The notes beneath the pieces were generated by a model. The model saw only the letters and a list, made by a program, of their open reading frames with translations. It was not told the origin of the DNA and did not search any database. Below are positions 10,201-19,211 of a stretch of DNA of 64,000 nt, piece by piece. Both the position numbers and the translations under genes were made by a program. This DNA is from a virus: the IMG/VR virus record IMGVR_UViG_3300001533_000699. One strand, 5' to 3'. The stretch's first letter is position 1. Every line of letters begins with the position of its first letter.

Positions 10201-11715
10201 AGAAATGAAGGAGTGGTTATCTGGTATGTGTACATCAAAAGTCTGAGCAACACCACTAGATATTGTCAACACAGGACTAAAAAACCAACCACAATGACAT
10301 AAGTCAAATAATGATTGCCACTCTTCTGTGTCTTGTTGTGTCACACATGAATCCAAGAACGCTGTCAAGAAATCATAAGAGACTAAATTACGATTACCAA
10401 GTGGATTTTTAGAGAACCTACGCTTATTATCAGAATGTGGTTGCAATACATTATATTGTGCGACCCATAAAGACCTTGGCACAATATCTATATTTGTATT
10501 TCTTTTCTTGCGCTTGTATCGTTCAGATTTTCGTTGTAAAGCAAACCCTATCTCATCCATGTATGTGTCTACGTCATGTCCAGTAATTCTCAAAACATGA
10601 TAGTGTCGCTGATATTTTTTGTTCCACTTCTTAGACTTGATACCTACCACGCCAAACTTTAGCAAAAAAGTCTGTAATGTCTTCACTAAAGATTCTGATT
10701 TAGAACAAAATGAAATTCTATCATGCTTATCAAACTCACCGTCTGTATCCATAAGTCCTCGAATAAATGCAGAGACGGCTTCCTTGGACGAACCAAACAC
10801 TACATCTGGGAAGTCCTTATCAGCACATACAGAAGAATTAAAACCGAACTCTGAAAATAGCTTAGTCCATAATTCCGTAGAATGAACACAGTAGTCATAT
10901 TTACCATATTGTACTGGTTTTTTATTACAGTGGGCGTAAGCAAAAGAATACCATAAATCCCGTATGGATTCATCAGCCGATGTTAGTGTTACACTACCTC
11001 GTTTAGTATACTCTCCACCATCTCCAACGAGGCACCCCAAAATATACATGTCGTTGTTTGACAAACCACTATCACCCGAATGCCACTGGGAATGACGACT
11101 AATAACAGCATGGTCTCCCAAACGAACATCAGCTAATTCACACCACTCTATTGCCCCATCTCGTACAATACGAATTTTATGTTCTGGGACACCAGTAAGT
11201 TCAAACCCATCGCGAGTTTTTGTGGTAATAACATCTCCTGTGCCATTATTCCAACAATACTCAACCTCATTATATCCATTCTCGCCCAGACAATGGTCGT
11301 TCACATACTGTCGTTCCTGTTCCGGCGCATCATATCCAACATAATCACCAATTCGCACAAACCTATCGCTAAGCTGAATAATAGAATCTCCAGTAATACA
11401 TTTTCCACCACCACGAGTAGCCAATAACATAGGAAATTTTCGCACCCAAAGCTCTTGAAGCATCACAACCTGAAATGGCAATAGATGTATGTTAAGCAAC
11501 CACTTACATGTATAATAGAAATATTCTGGTTTACTCATAATATCCAGAATATCCATGACTGGATTATTATCAAAATCCTTACTTCTAGATGCATCCAATA
11601 GTATGTTATACATCTCATCTTCATTAAAATCAGCAGGGAAGCCAAGGTATTCATTCTCCACCATATTGTCAATATCTTGCGGAGAATATAATTTAGGTAC
11701 TGTTAGTTTTGACAT
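7252..11715 (-). CDS. terL: Terminase large subunit with two inteins
   Basis: Walker A ATRGGGK/T split by intein 1; IRGLRAHYTIADEFA/S Walker B next to intein 2; nuclease GIDPA and KDRYSA motifs. Confidence 0.92.
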   Translation of the reverse strand: MSKLTVPKLYSPQDIDNMVENEYLGFPADFNEDEMYNILLDASRSKDFDNNPVMDILDIMSKPEYFYYTCKWLLNIHLLPFQVVMLQELWVRKFPMLLATRGGGKCITGDSIIQLSDRFVRIGDYVGYDAPEQERQYVNDHCLGENGYNEVEYCWNNGTGDVITTKTRDGFELTGVPEHKIRIVRDGAIEWCELADVRLGDHAVISRHSQWHSGDSGLSNNDMYILGCLVGDGGEYTKRGSVTLTSADESIRDLWYSFAYAHCNKKPVQYGKYDYCVHSTELWTKLFSEFGFNSSVCADKDFPDVVFGSSKEAVSAFIRGLMDTDGEFDKHDRISFCSKSESLVKTLQTFLLKFGVVGIKSKKWNKKYQRHYHVLRITGHDVDTYMDEIGFALQRKSERYKRKKRNTNIDIVPRSLWVAQYNVLQPHSDNKRRFSKNPLGNRNLVSYDFLTAFLDSCVTQQDTEEWQSLFDLCHCGWFFSPVLTISSGVAQTFDVHIPDNHSFISNGFVSHNTWILSLYAMLRAIFNQGSKIVVVGAAFRQAKLMFEYMEQLWRGAPILRNMVGDGKHQGPKRDIDRCMFYVGDSEVCAIPMGDGSKIRGLRAHYTIADEFACLEGDSIVETSDGFVRISDFDHVDYVLTGDDKLSQEAPDKFIKTPYTDVYEVKLSNGYVIRCSENHQIMTNNGWKKPLELSEDDYVEQAPSGHARFGTRYVDGLKEKEAWLLGTLISEDCVTDTKRISVTTTDIDTCMRLVNEYNFKFKVVAEYVDKRDWNCKKAYKLWKDDETLRNQMKIWGLDYVTAHDKKIPHAILRSPESVIQHFLSGLFDVDGSCFLWQDRDIINRIGLAYYSVSERLCRDVQFLMYKLGFDGYINHRTSEISDNLQWFVRWNGEQARTAAVYLMINRFADTIKQCYVADEPKNYCWDNSRKKWKVSIVYCGQTIQKRFKSERQAIDFVDSVRNRTQYRKVISVTLLPYKKRLYDYHLPITHSFYAEGHRQHNSIPLEIFEVVIKGFSSVSASPAQRTKDMARIKVLKSLGMYTEADDIDVGFGNQTVISGTAYYSFNHFYDYWKRYKQIIESKGDNHLLEAIFKGEVPEGFDWKQFSIFRVPWQKLPYGFMDETQIHQAKATVHRSTYLMEYGAAFAKDSDGFFKRSLIENCVCKSPIELPSGPVQFSATIRGNPNCRYVYGIDPASEKDNFAIIVLEIHPDHRRIVYAWSINRQKLRERIKQGGKTTQKSFYTYCARKIRDLMKVFPTEHIAIDTQGGGIAIMEALHDPDEFDASRGEKALWPYIRRGENDVFWWEQANKPTDGEIGLHILHMVQFANADFTRDANHFMRKDFESRSTLFPMFDPATISEAISLDKIHGRDYDTLEDCVMDIEELKDELATIVHDQTAAGRDRWDTPEVKLPGNKKGRLRKDRYSALLIANIVAHVMENSLTGVQHEFVGGFAGQRRKTQHVGRHYIGPEHIVSKMNCGHYGKGVVRR
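8716..9879 (-). mobile_element. Intein 2 (388 aa) with LAGLIDADG-type endonuclease, after Walker B
   Basis: Starts CLEGDS, ends GHRQHN followed by Ser; motifs LLGTLISED (degenerate) and FLSGLFDVDG. Confidence 0.9.
10180..11400 (-). mobile_element. Intein 1 (407 aa) with LAGLIDADG endonuclease, in Walker A
   Basis: Starts CITGDS, ends NGFVSHN followed by Thr; motifs LGCLVGDG and FIRGLMDTDG. Confidence 0.92.
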
Positions 11716-12164
11716 TCTATCATTCTCTTGAATATATTGGACGCTACCTCTTTGCCTTTATTGCCACAAAGCCAGATTGGTACTTTATACTTTATAGCCA
11801 TCTCTGTCATTCTTTTTAAAATAAAAGTACCATTAAACTTCAATCTTCTCCACATACTTTTTGGTATGCCTGAGCCAACCGGATATTGAATAACATCCGA
11901 CATATTGAACTCTAATAAAATCCATGCATAAGGCAGCTCACTTAGTCTTTCTAGTTCTTTTGTAAATCTGGCCTGCACTACATTCCCTGCCCACTCAGAA
12001 ATACTGCCTTTTCTCTCAACTACAAACAGGTGTTCAAATCCCTGAACCGTATAATCTCCAGTAGGTAATCCTTGTTCAATAGTGCCATTGTAAAGCTTGC
12101 TTGGTTCCCAAATCCAGCCTTTCTTTGTCTTCTCTCGCGTATCTCTAAGTATAGTATATTTCAT
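11703..12164 (-). CDS. ERCC4/XPF-family nuclease
   Basis: DTREK, GDY and VVERKGS motifs. Confidence 0.8.
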   Translation of the reverse strand: MKYTILRDTREKTKKGWIWEPSKLYNGTIEQGLPTGDYTVQGFEHLFVVERKGSISEWAGNVVQARFTKELERLSELPYAWILLEFNMSDVIQYPVGSGIPKSMWRRLKFNGTFILKRMTEMAIKYKVPIWLCGNKGKEVASNIFKRMIECQN

Positions 12165-13168
12165 AGGTCTGCCTCTATCATATCTACTACTAATTCATGA
12201 AAACTAATAGTACGTTTCCAGCCAAGGCTATTCTGAATTCGCAATGGAGAACCGCAAAGATGTGGTACTTCAGATGGGCGCAAATAACAACTGTTAACCT
12301 CAACATAGTCCTTATAATTCAAACCAATATGGGAAAATGCCACTTGGCAAAACTCCCTAACACTATGAGATTCACCAGTAGCCACGATATAATCAGTTGG
12401 TTTATCGCTCTGCAACATTAAATGCATAGCTCTAACATAGTCTTTAGCGTGCCCCCAGTCTCGTACTGCATCTAAATTCCCTAACTGAAGCTTATTTATG
12501 GTTTTACCAGCCTGTCGTGCGTGATATAGGTGCGCAACATAATTTGTAATCTTCCTAGTAACAAATTTCAAGCCCCTGCGCGGACTCTCGTGATTAAAGA
12601 GAATACCGCACCATCCCTTCAAACCATGAGTATCACGATACATATGGACGGCATTGTGAGCGGCTAGCTTTGCTATGGCATATGGGCTACATGGAACAAA
12701 AGCAACGGTTTCGTCTTGATATTTGATACCGTCATAGTCCAAACAGTTTTTCCCAAACATCTCACTTGTAGACGCCTGATAAAACTTGGTTCCGTTAGCA
12801 ATATAATGACGTTCACGCATAACATCTAATATACGTAAAACGCCTTGTGCATTCACATCCCACGTAAAATGTGGTTGGGTAAAGCTAGTACCAACATGGC
12901 TTTGAGCAGCAAGATTATATATTTCATGAGGCAAATCATCCCAATGCTCTTCTGCTAAGCGCATTGCATATGCTATTGATACATGGTCTGTTAAGTCGCC
13001 TTCCACTAAACGAAAATCTGGATGATTTATTACATTACTAGGCAGGCGTGATAAAGTATCTACACTAGAACGACGCACAACACCAATGACTCTGTAGCCT
13101 AGCTCTAAGAGATACTCTGCCAAGTACGAGCCATCTTGCCCAGTAATACCGAAAATTAAAGCATTCAT
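12161..13168 (-). CDS. gmd: GDP-mannose 4,6-dehydratase
   Basis: GITGQDGSYLAE, YNLAAQSHV, FYQASTSEMFG, SPYAIAK, GILFNHESPRRG and RDWGHAKDYV motifs. Confidence 0.95.
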   Translation of the reverse strand: MNALIFGITGQDGSYLAEYLLELGYRVIGVVRRSSVDTLSRLPSNVINHPDFRLVEGDLTDHVSIAYAMRLAEEHWDDLPHEIYNLAAQSHVGTSFTQPHFTWDVNAQGVLRILDVMRERHYIANGTKFYQASTSEMFGKNCLDYDGIKYQDETVAFVPCSPYAIAKLAAHNAVHMYRDTHGLKGWCGILFNHESPRRGLKFVTRKITNYVAHLYHARQAGKTINKLQLGNLDAVRDWGHAKDYVRAMHLMLQSDKPTDYIVATGESHSVREFCQVAFSHIGLNYKDYVEVNSCYLRPSEVPHLCGSPLRIQNSLGWKRTISFHELVVDMIEADL

Positions 13169-13431
13169 TTATCGTGCTCCTTTTCATCGGGCGTTATGCA
13201 GCTACCCAAAACATCAGCAGGAGGTGTGGGTGGTGTATCATATATAAGTGGTTGAGTTATTTCAAACCGCACATCATCATCGACTGCTTGTGGTTGCTGT
13301 TGTGACGATGGTGTTTCTGTGAATTTATATGGTGTTTGAGGCTTATTGCGTCTACCAACATTTATACCAAGCACAGTGGTTTGATTGGGTTTACCTATAG
13401 CTTGATTCTTGTCCATGCGAAAATCACTCAT
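13165..13431 (-). CDS. Hypothetical protein
   Basis: ATG 13431 after GGAG SD; stop overlaps the gmd start. Confidence 0.5.
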   Translation of the reverse strand: MSDFRMDKNQAIGKPNQTTVLGINVGRRNKPQTPYKFTETPSSQQQPQAVDDDVRFEITQPLIYDTPPTPPADVLGSCITPDEKEHDK

Positions 13432-13432
13432 A

Positions 13433-14224
13433 TTATATTTCTCCTTCTGGGCATAAAAATGGTTTATCAACTTCTCCATCTTCGTATGTATGGTATTCTT
13501 GCCAATCCTTAGCTGTTCTTTCTGCTGCTATTTTCACCTTTTCAGCTATACGTCCTTCCTCTATTCTACGACGATGTTGGTCTAAGTCTTTGATTAACTC
13601 AAAGATATTACGGCGACTTTCCTCAATTTGCTTAAAGCGCTGGTCACGAGAACCTTTTAGGTCTCTAAGTTTGGCATCTTTACGTTGTTGATAATCTAGG
13701 TGTTGTTTTGCTAGGGCACTCTTAGCGGCATACAGACTGTTTATTTGAGTACGTAAGTCGGCAATTTTCATTTGGTCTCTGTTATCAACTGAGAATCGTT
13801 CCTCTTTGCTAATATCTTCTTGTAGTGATTTAATACGCCGAGCAACGTTTGCTTGCTCCCCTATTGCTCTTTGCGCAAATATATCAAGCATAATCAGGTC
13901 TTTAATCATCAGCTCATCTGTTGGTAAGATGTCGGTAGACGCACTAAATTGACCAGTGTATGATGTCCACGCCTGTTCAAAGTAATCAATCTCCATATCT
14001 AATAGACCTTTGCGTACTTCGCTCCAAAATGCACTATCATGCAACCCTTCAATAAAATCAGTCCTACCAGCCTTGTAGCCGGTGACTTCTTCTAGGTGTT
14101 TTCGTACGGCGTCTTCGGTACGATTTAGATGCTCAGCAAGTTTAGGTATTGGTAGGTCTCGATGCGCAGATAAATATCTGCGGTCATCTTTACTCATTGG
14201 CCCACGCTTCAAGCTCTTTGCCAT
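13433..14224 (-). CDS. HTH/coiled-coil protein, possible terminase small subunit
   Basis: N-terminal HTH-like segment (LAEHLNRTEDAVRKH) plus coiled coil, upstream of terL; function inferred from position. Confidence 0.45.
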   Translation of the reverse strand: MAKSLKRGPMSKDDRRYLSAHRDLPIPKLAEHLNRTEDAVRKHLEEVTGYKAGRTDFIEGLHDSAFWSEVRKGLLDMEIDYFEQAWTSYTGQFSASTDILPTDELMIKDLIMLDIFAQRAIGEQANVARRIKSLQEDISKEERFSVDNRDQMKIADLRTQINSLYAAKSALAKQHLDYQQRKDAKLRDLKGSRDQRFKQIEESRRNIFELIKDLDQHRRRIEEGRIAEKVKIAAERTAKDWQEYHTYEDGEVDKPFLCPEGEI

Positions 14225-14825
14225 TAGTTAATTCTCCAAGTATGTCTCGTAACGCCTCAACTAAAGCATCTTTCCTGGTTTTCTTTAGTGGGGCACCTTC
14301 AATTAATCTCATGTAGTCAGCTCTTAAATGCACAGGTATATGCGCCGAAATGTATTCTATCAACTCTTTGTTTGATGCGCGCACCACAGTGTCGTCATAT
14401 TTAAATTGCAAGCTATGTTCTAGTTCACTGGTATCACCAGATTCTACTAGGCTGCGTTTTGCTTTGTTTCGACTAACCCACTTGGCCCACTTTTTACATT
14501 CAGCTTTATCTGACCATTTCAAGCAGTGGTCATCTTTGCGATGTGCACAAGATAAGCAGGGAGGTGTGTGCCTGTGCATTTTATCGCGCCGTAGATTAAG
14601 AAAACGATTTCTTATGTGAAGGCGCAAAAATGTTTCTATGGAACACCCTTTGTCATTATCTGGGTCAAAGTTGTATAGTGCCTGTGAGGCAAAAATTAGC
14701 CCTTCTTGTCGCATGTCGTCTGCGTCGTAATAACCAAAAGCAAAAGAATCAACTAAAGAGTCTAATACCTTGTTGATTATACATAAGACTTCATGTTCAT
14801 TATAGTTTGGGGGTATGAACATCAT
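14190..14825 (-). CDS. Sigma70-family (region 2) factor with Cys-rich insert
   Basis: DADDMRQEG..F..QAL..FDP and F...HIRNRFLNLRRD region-2 signature; CxxC...C...C insert. Confidence 0.75.
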   Translation of the reverse strand: MMFIPPNYNEHEVLCIINKVLDSLVDSFAFGYYDADDMRQEGLIFASQALYNFDPDNDKGCSIETFLRLHIRNRFLNLRRDKMHRHTPPCLSCAHRKDDHCLKWSDKAECKKWAKWVSRNKAKRSLVESGDTSELEHSLQFKYDDTVVRASNKELIEYISAHIPVHLRADYMRLIEGAPLKKTRKDALVEALRDILGELTNGKELEAWANE

Positions 14826-15047
14826 TAGGCGTCTCACTTATTTTTGACTTCTCTATAGCTGCCGCGCCAGCCGAACTAGGCGGGTCGCCCCTCTCTAGTT
14901 CATCTTCGACTTCCTGGTTGACTTTTGTGTCACCAATCGCGTATAATAAAGAAGGAAGTAGTGGAATTTTCATATTACAGTCCTTTCTATGTGAATGCGT
15001 ATCTGATATAGTATAACCAAAACCACAGTAGTTTGTCAAGGTAAAAA

Positions 15048-15260
15048 ATGCATAATAAAAAACAATGGAATAAAATAGAGGAACAGTTTGTGAAAGATAA
15101 TGCTACGAAATTGACCGATGCGGAAGGAGCAATGCAGCTCAGCCGTATTATCGGTGAATACATAAGTACCCGTAGTTGGAGACGTAAAAGGAACGAGTTG
15201 GGCATCAAAAAACAGAGAGGTAAGGGCTTGTCAAAATTGGGAATGCCCGCTTCTGGTTAG
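15048..15260 (+). CDS. Small HTH/SANT-like protein
   Basis: W...EEQFVKDN...LTD...A..L...RKR..LGIKK pattern. Confidence 0.6.
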   Translation: MHNKKQWNKIEEQFVKDNATKLTDAEGAMQLSRIIGEYISTRSWRRKRNELGIKKQRGKGLSKLGMPASG

Positions 15261-15276
15261 AAAGGTTAGGTAAATA

Positions 15277-15525
15277 ATGAGACAACCACGCTTAATGAAA
15301 CACCCTAATGGTGGCATTTTGAATGTAGATGTTACAATGTTGCAGCTAGGTTTGAGTCAATGTAGGAGTGACGCCGAGAGGGCATTACAGCAGCTAGAAC
15401 ATGGGGTAGAGATAGATGTTGCGGCTGTTCTTACGTCTATCGTAGAGAGAGCGCGCAGCACTATGCATGAGATTCGTGAGTATGAGATGGATGATGAGGT
15501 GAACACTATGTTGGTTAGGGTGTAG
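15277..15525 (+). CDS. Hypothetical protein
   Basis: 82 aa with AGG SD. Confidence 0.5.
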   Translation: MRQPRLMKHPNGGILNVDVTMLQLGLSQCRSDAERALQQLEHGVEIDVAAVLTSIVERARSTMHEIREYEMDDEVNTMLVRV

Positions 15526-15657
15526 CATCTGGAAAATTTTGGGGTTGCTGTGTATATAAGACCGTCGGGTTGAGGGAGGGTACGCCACCCATTGGTATTG
15601 GTTATAATAACCCCCACTATTCCAATAGCGGAACGGCGGAACGGCGGAGCAACAACG

Positions 15658-15797
15658 TGTTGCAATACGCTACAATTGTATCGTTTCGATGCATCGTTTC
15701 GATACACACGTGGAATACCATACTAATGGGGGGTTTGACGTAAGTGCTTGCGCTGCAAGGATTTACGATTTTAGGCCGGTTTGGCACACAACTTGCA
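15658..15797 (+). promoter_or_regulatory. Sigma54 promoter with upstream activator-like and IHF-like sites (copy 1)
   Basis: TGGCAC-ACAAC-TTGCA at 15782-15797; CGTAAGTGCTTG..CAAGGATTTACG at 15739-15767; three 17-bp TGY-N11-RCA boxes at 15658-15706. Confidence 0.8.
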
Positions 15798-15890
15798 TAT
15801 ACTCTTTTCTGGTTTGGCCGCGAACCGCCACCCCAGCGAGGGGTTCTCGTTTGTGGGTTCCGTTCCTATGCGGCATTGGAGCATGTTATC

Positions 15891-16235
15891 ATGGCTACAG
15901 AATCAGCGTTCGGGTTTGTGTACGAATATGGCGTAAACGGAGCATCTGTTGCGTTACGTCTGCTAGTCAAACATACCTCTGTATCAGAGGATACCGCTAG
16001 GGTGATGCGTAGCATTGCCGATGATTTAGGTGAGGTCAATGCTAACAAGGCGGCATGGGCAGATTTAGACTATGTTGGTCGTCTGTTATGCGACATACCG
16101 GGTTATTATCACTTCAGTGATGAGGTTTCCATGGCTTTACGCCAATTGGCGTGTGATATCGACTCGGTAGTGGCAAGCTATATCGGGAAGCGGCGACTGT
16201 CCATAATGGAATACCGTTTGTACGACAAGCGGTAA
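15891..16235 (+). CDS. Hypothetical protein under sigma54 promoter 1
   Basis: ATG 15891 with GGAG SD (MATESAFG). Confidence 0.65.
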   Translation: MATESAFGFVYEYGVNGASVALRLLVKHTSVSEDTARVMRSIADDLGEVNANKAAWADLDYVGRLLCDIPGYYHFSDEVSMALRQLACDIDSVVASYIGKRRLSIMEYRLYDKR

Positions 16236-16459
16236 ACCAGTGGGGAGCCCCCTCCTACGGGAGGGGGCGACCCGGCCCACCCCTTCGGTGAGGGGGTGAG
16301 CCGGGTGCCGACGCCCCACCCCACCCGCAAAGGGGTCCTGCGGATGGCGATAGTCGGAGTGGAGAGTAACTATGTTGAAAGTCGTGAAAGCTTCCCGATG
16401 ATGCAAATGTGTGTCGTGTGGTGAACAGATACGAACAGACGAAAATATCGTCATCGCCG

Positions 16460-17340
16460 GGGGGTTATTTTATACCTAATTGCTATATCAAATATAGTGA
16501 TTATCAGCATGACCCTATATCAATATACGTAGTCAGCGAATAGGGCTAGCGACCCCCAAAATAGTGGAAAAAGAGCCGACTTGTCGGCGCGTAACACCCC
16601 ACGCAGTGGGGTCAATATAGGTAGTCAGTAAAGACCCAAAAGGGTGGGTAAAAATGCGGCAATGCACGCCCCCAAAAGAAGGGCCACCGACGCGGTCACA
16701 ACCCCCTCAGAAGTAGTACCGCCTCCGGTGTAACACCCCACGTAGTGGGGTCAATATGGAGTAGCCAGCAACCCTCGTTAGTGGGGGCTCTAATAGGAAA
16801 AGGTAACACCCCAATCAGGGGGTCGGGCCAACAGCTACATTCTCTATGGCTTTTATGCACATTACCCCCTTACAGATATAGACGCGCCCCCCGTTCGTAG
16901 GGTAACAGCCGAGCCACTCGGCTCGGTCCAATGGGGGGTAGCCAGCACCACTCAGGGGGTACTCATTTTAGGTGGTAAGAAAAAATCAAATAAGGGGGCA
17001 CCGGCGCGGCAGTGCGTACCACCCAAAGGAGGGGCGTCGTGGCGAAATGCCATTGCTGATATGCATTATACCACTTGTGCACATTACCCCTCTACAGGCA
17101 TGGCCGGTACCACCACCCCCTCTATAGATATAGCTGCACCACCTTCTGATAGGGGTCCGACCGGGGGGTAACGCCCGACCCGGTCGGGTCGTCCTAATGG
17201 GGGGTAGCCAGCGGCTCTCTGGTAGGGTGTAAGGAAAAAGCAAAAGAGGGGGTTCTAATGGGGGGTATCACCCCATCCAATGTCGTCGAAATGCCATTGC
17301 TGATATGCATTATACGATTTATGGCTATTGCATACTTATG
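16460..17340. repeat. Non-coding mosaic of short hairpin modules (block 1)
   Basis: GTAACACCCCACGNAGTGGGGTCAATAT at 16591 and 16730; CGAAATGCCATTGCTGATATGCATTAT at 17043 and 17287; 16855-16995 resembles 17078-17247. Confidence 0.8.
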
Positions 17341-17383
17341 GGGGGTGGGGGGTTACCTAACTCAACCGAAGTGGTAGGAAAAG

Positions 17384-17521
17384 TGTTGCAAAATGCTACG
17401 ATTGTATCATTATGCTGCATCGAAACAATACACACCGATTCTCCCACCAATGGGGGGCTTGACGTAAGTGCTTACACTGTAAGGATTTACGATTTTAGGC
17501 CGGTTTGGCACAATAGTTGCA
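17384..17521 (+). promoter_or_regulatory. Sigma54 promoter with activator-like and IHF-like sites (copy 2)
   Basis: TGGCAC-AATAG-TTGCA at 17506-17521; diverged direct repeat of 15658-15797. Confidence 0.8.
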
Positions 17522-17602
17522 TTGTATTGTTGCGAAGCAACGACGCACCCCACCACGCGGGGGGGTCCCGTAATGGGGGGTGCGGAAAACCGGAGAAATG
17601 CT

Positions 17603-18049
17603 ATGACGTTTCAAGACATTGCGGCTGAACTATCCCGCACCTCAGAGCTGGCAATTGCCCTCCATCTGGGGGAAGTCCGCATGACCCTCGATGAGGGGGG
17701 GCAGCCAGTCAAGGTATTCCCCCAACTAGGGGGGGTTATCATGGCGTGTGACGGTACCCTACTAGAGGGGGGGAAGTGGGGTGCTAAGAAAGATGACCCT
17801 AATGAGGGGGTCGCACCCCCAGAAGAGACACCCCTCGACGAGAGGTTGGCATGGCATGCCGAGAGGGTAGCCCGCGAGGGGGAAGACACCCCCCCGTTCC
17901 ACAAGCCCCTCGTGCAGGGGTACGTCCCCCTAGAAAGTCGGTCATGCACGAAAACCTCCCCTTGCGAGGTATGCAAGGCTCACGGGGGCAAGAAGCCCCC
18001 CGTAATGAGTAAGAAACAATGGAACGACCATATGAAAACTATCCGATAG
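17603..18049 (+). CDS. Hypothetical protein with C-terminal Cys cluster, under sigma54 promoter 2
   Basis: ATG 17603 with GGAG SD; CTKTSPCEVC. Confidence 0.65.
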   Translation: MTFQDIAAELSRTSELAIALHLGEVRMTLDEGGQPVKVFPQLGGVIMACDGTLLEGGKWGAKKDDPNEGVAPPEETPLDERLAWHAERVAREGEDTPPFHKPLVQGYVPLESRSCTKTSPCEVCKAHGGKKPPVMSKKQWNDHMKTIR

Positions 18050-18154
18050 GGTAGTGGGGTGCCCCCCTCCTACGGGAGGGGGGTCGCCCGGCCCGCCCCC
18101 TCTTCGGAGGGGTCGAGTCGGACGATTCGGAACCCCCTGAATGGAGACAAAAGG

Positions 18155-18325
18155 ATGCCCGATGGAAGTAGACGCAAACGACGGCAAGGACACACCCCCC
18201 GAGCGAGGTACTACTCCCTCTATAGAAGCATACGGTTCGCCCGTAGGTTCGGGGGGGTAGAAGTTAACCTGTTGTACGTACTCAAAAGGAGGGGTGTAAA
18301 TACCCCCCAGAAGGAGGCCCACTGA
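18155..18325 (+). CDS. Small basic hypothetical protein
   Basis: GGAG SD before ATG 18155; stop overlaps the next start. Confidence 0.45.
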   Translation: MPDGSRRKRRQGHTPRARYYSLYRSIRFARRFGGVEVNLLYVLKRRGVNTPQKEAH

Positions 18326-18612
18326 TGAGTCACTATATCCCCCAAAAGCACCCCCTCCGTAATGCTGTTGCGTCTCTCTCCAGCGAGGGGGTCGGAACAT
18401 ACTACAGCCAACTCCACTATTGGTGGGGTAGGGTCCAGCACACCCTGAAAGAGGGGGGCTTCCCCCTAGAACGGAGGGAAGATGACCCCCCAATTGTGTA
18501 TGGGGTGGAAGGTAGATGGATACTACCGCTGGGGGGCACGAATACCCGTCTGTGTGTCTACGTATATCGAATGCCAAGCGGCAACTATGAAGTGGTAAAC
18601 TACCTAACATAG
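18325..18612 (+). CDS. Hypothetical protein
   Basis: GGAGG SD; ends YRMPSGNYEVVNYLT. Confidence 0.7.
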   Translation: MSHYIPQKHPLRNAVASLSSEGVGTYYSQLHYWWGRVQHTLKEGGFPLERREDDPPIVYGVEGRWILPLGGTNTRLCVYVYRMPSGNYEVVNYLT

Positions 18613-19117
18613 GGGGTAGCAACCAGCCACTAGAGGGGCTTCCTGTGGGGGTGGTAACACCCCACACAGCCCCCTCGACGGAGGGGTATGCTCTTAATGT
18701 GCACAATTCCTATAGGGATTATCACGCATAAAAACCATCGGAAATAAGCAGGGAAGCCTCCCCTGCTAATAGGGGGCCAAACACCACCCGAACACATACG
18801 TCAGGTGGTAACGCACCACCCAAAGGAGGGGGGTCGCGGCGAAACCCTATTGCTGATATGCACTATGCGGCATGTGGCTATTTGTCTTATTGCTATGATT
18901 TCTATGGGGGTTATGTTGTACCACCCAAAGGAGGGGTGTGAAAAAGATAGTAAATAGCTAGCAAATCTGGGAGTTAGAACGTACCACCCAAAGGAGGGGC
19001 GTTAATTCCTATTGCTGATATGCATTATGGCCGTTGTGCGCATTTCCCCCCTTTTGGTACTTTAGAAAAAATCTCTGGGGGGGTTGTAATCCGCAAAACT
19101 TATGGTATAATGTCGGT

Positions 19118-19211
19118 ATATGATACAGGCTATCTATACATTGAACGGTACCCTACCCCTGCGGGGGTGGCACATACCCCGTTGCTGGACCCCCCGGCAG
19201 CGGGGTTTTTT
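19118..19211 (+). ncRNA. Candidate ~95-nt sRNA
   Basis: Sigma70-type promoter near 19085-19111, three hairpins, ends in ACCCCGTTGCTGG/CCGGCAGCGGGGT plus T run; no ORF. Confidence 0.5.

Noticed and set aside
17942-18706. 254-aa minus-strand ORF and other antisense ORFs in the G/C-run region
   Set aside because: Pro/Gly-rich shadows of plus-strand genes that have SD sites; G/C runs suppress stop codons.
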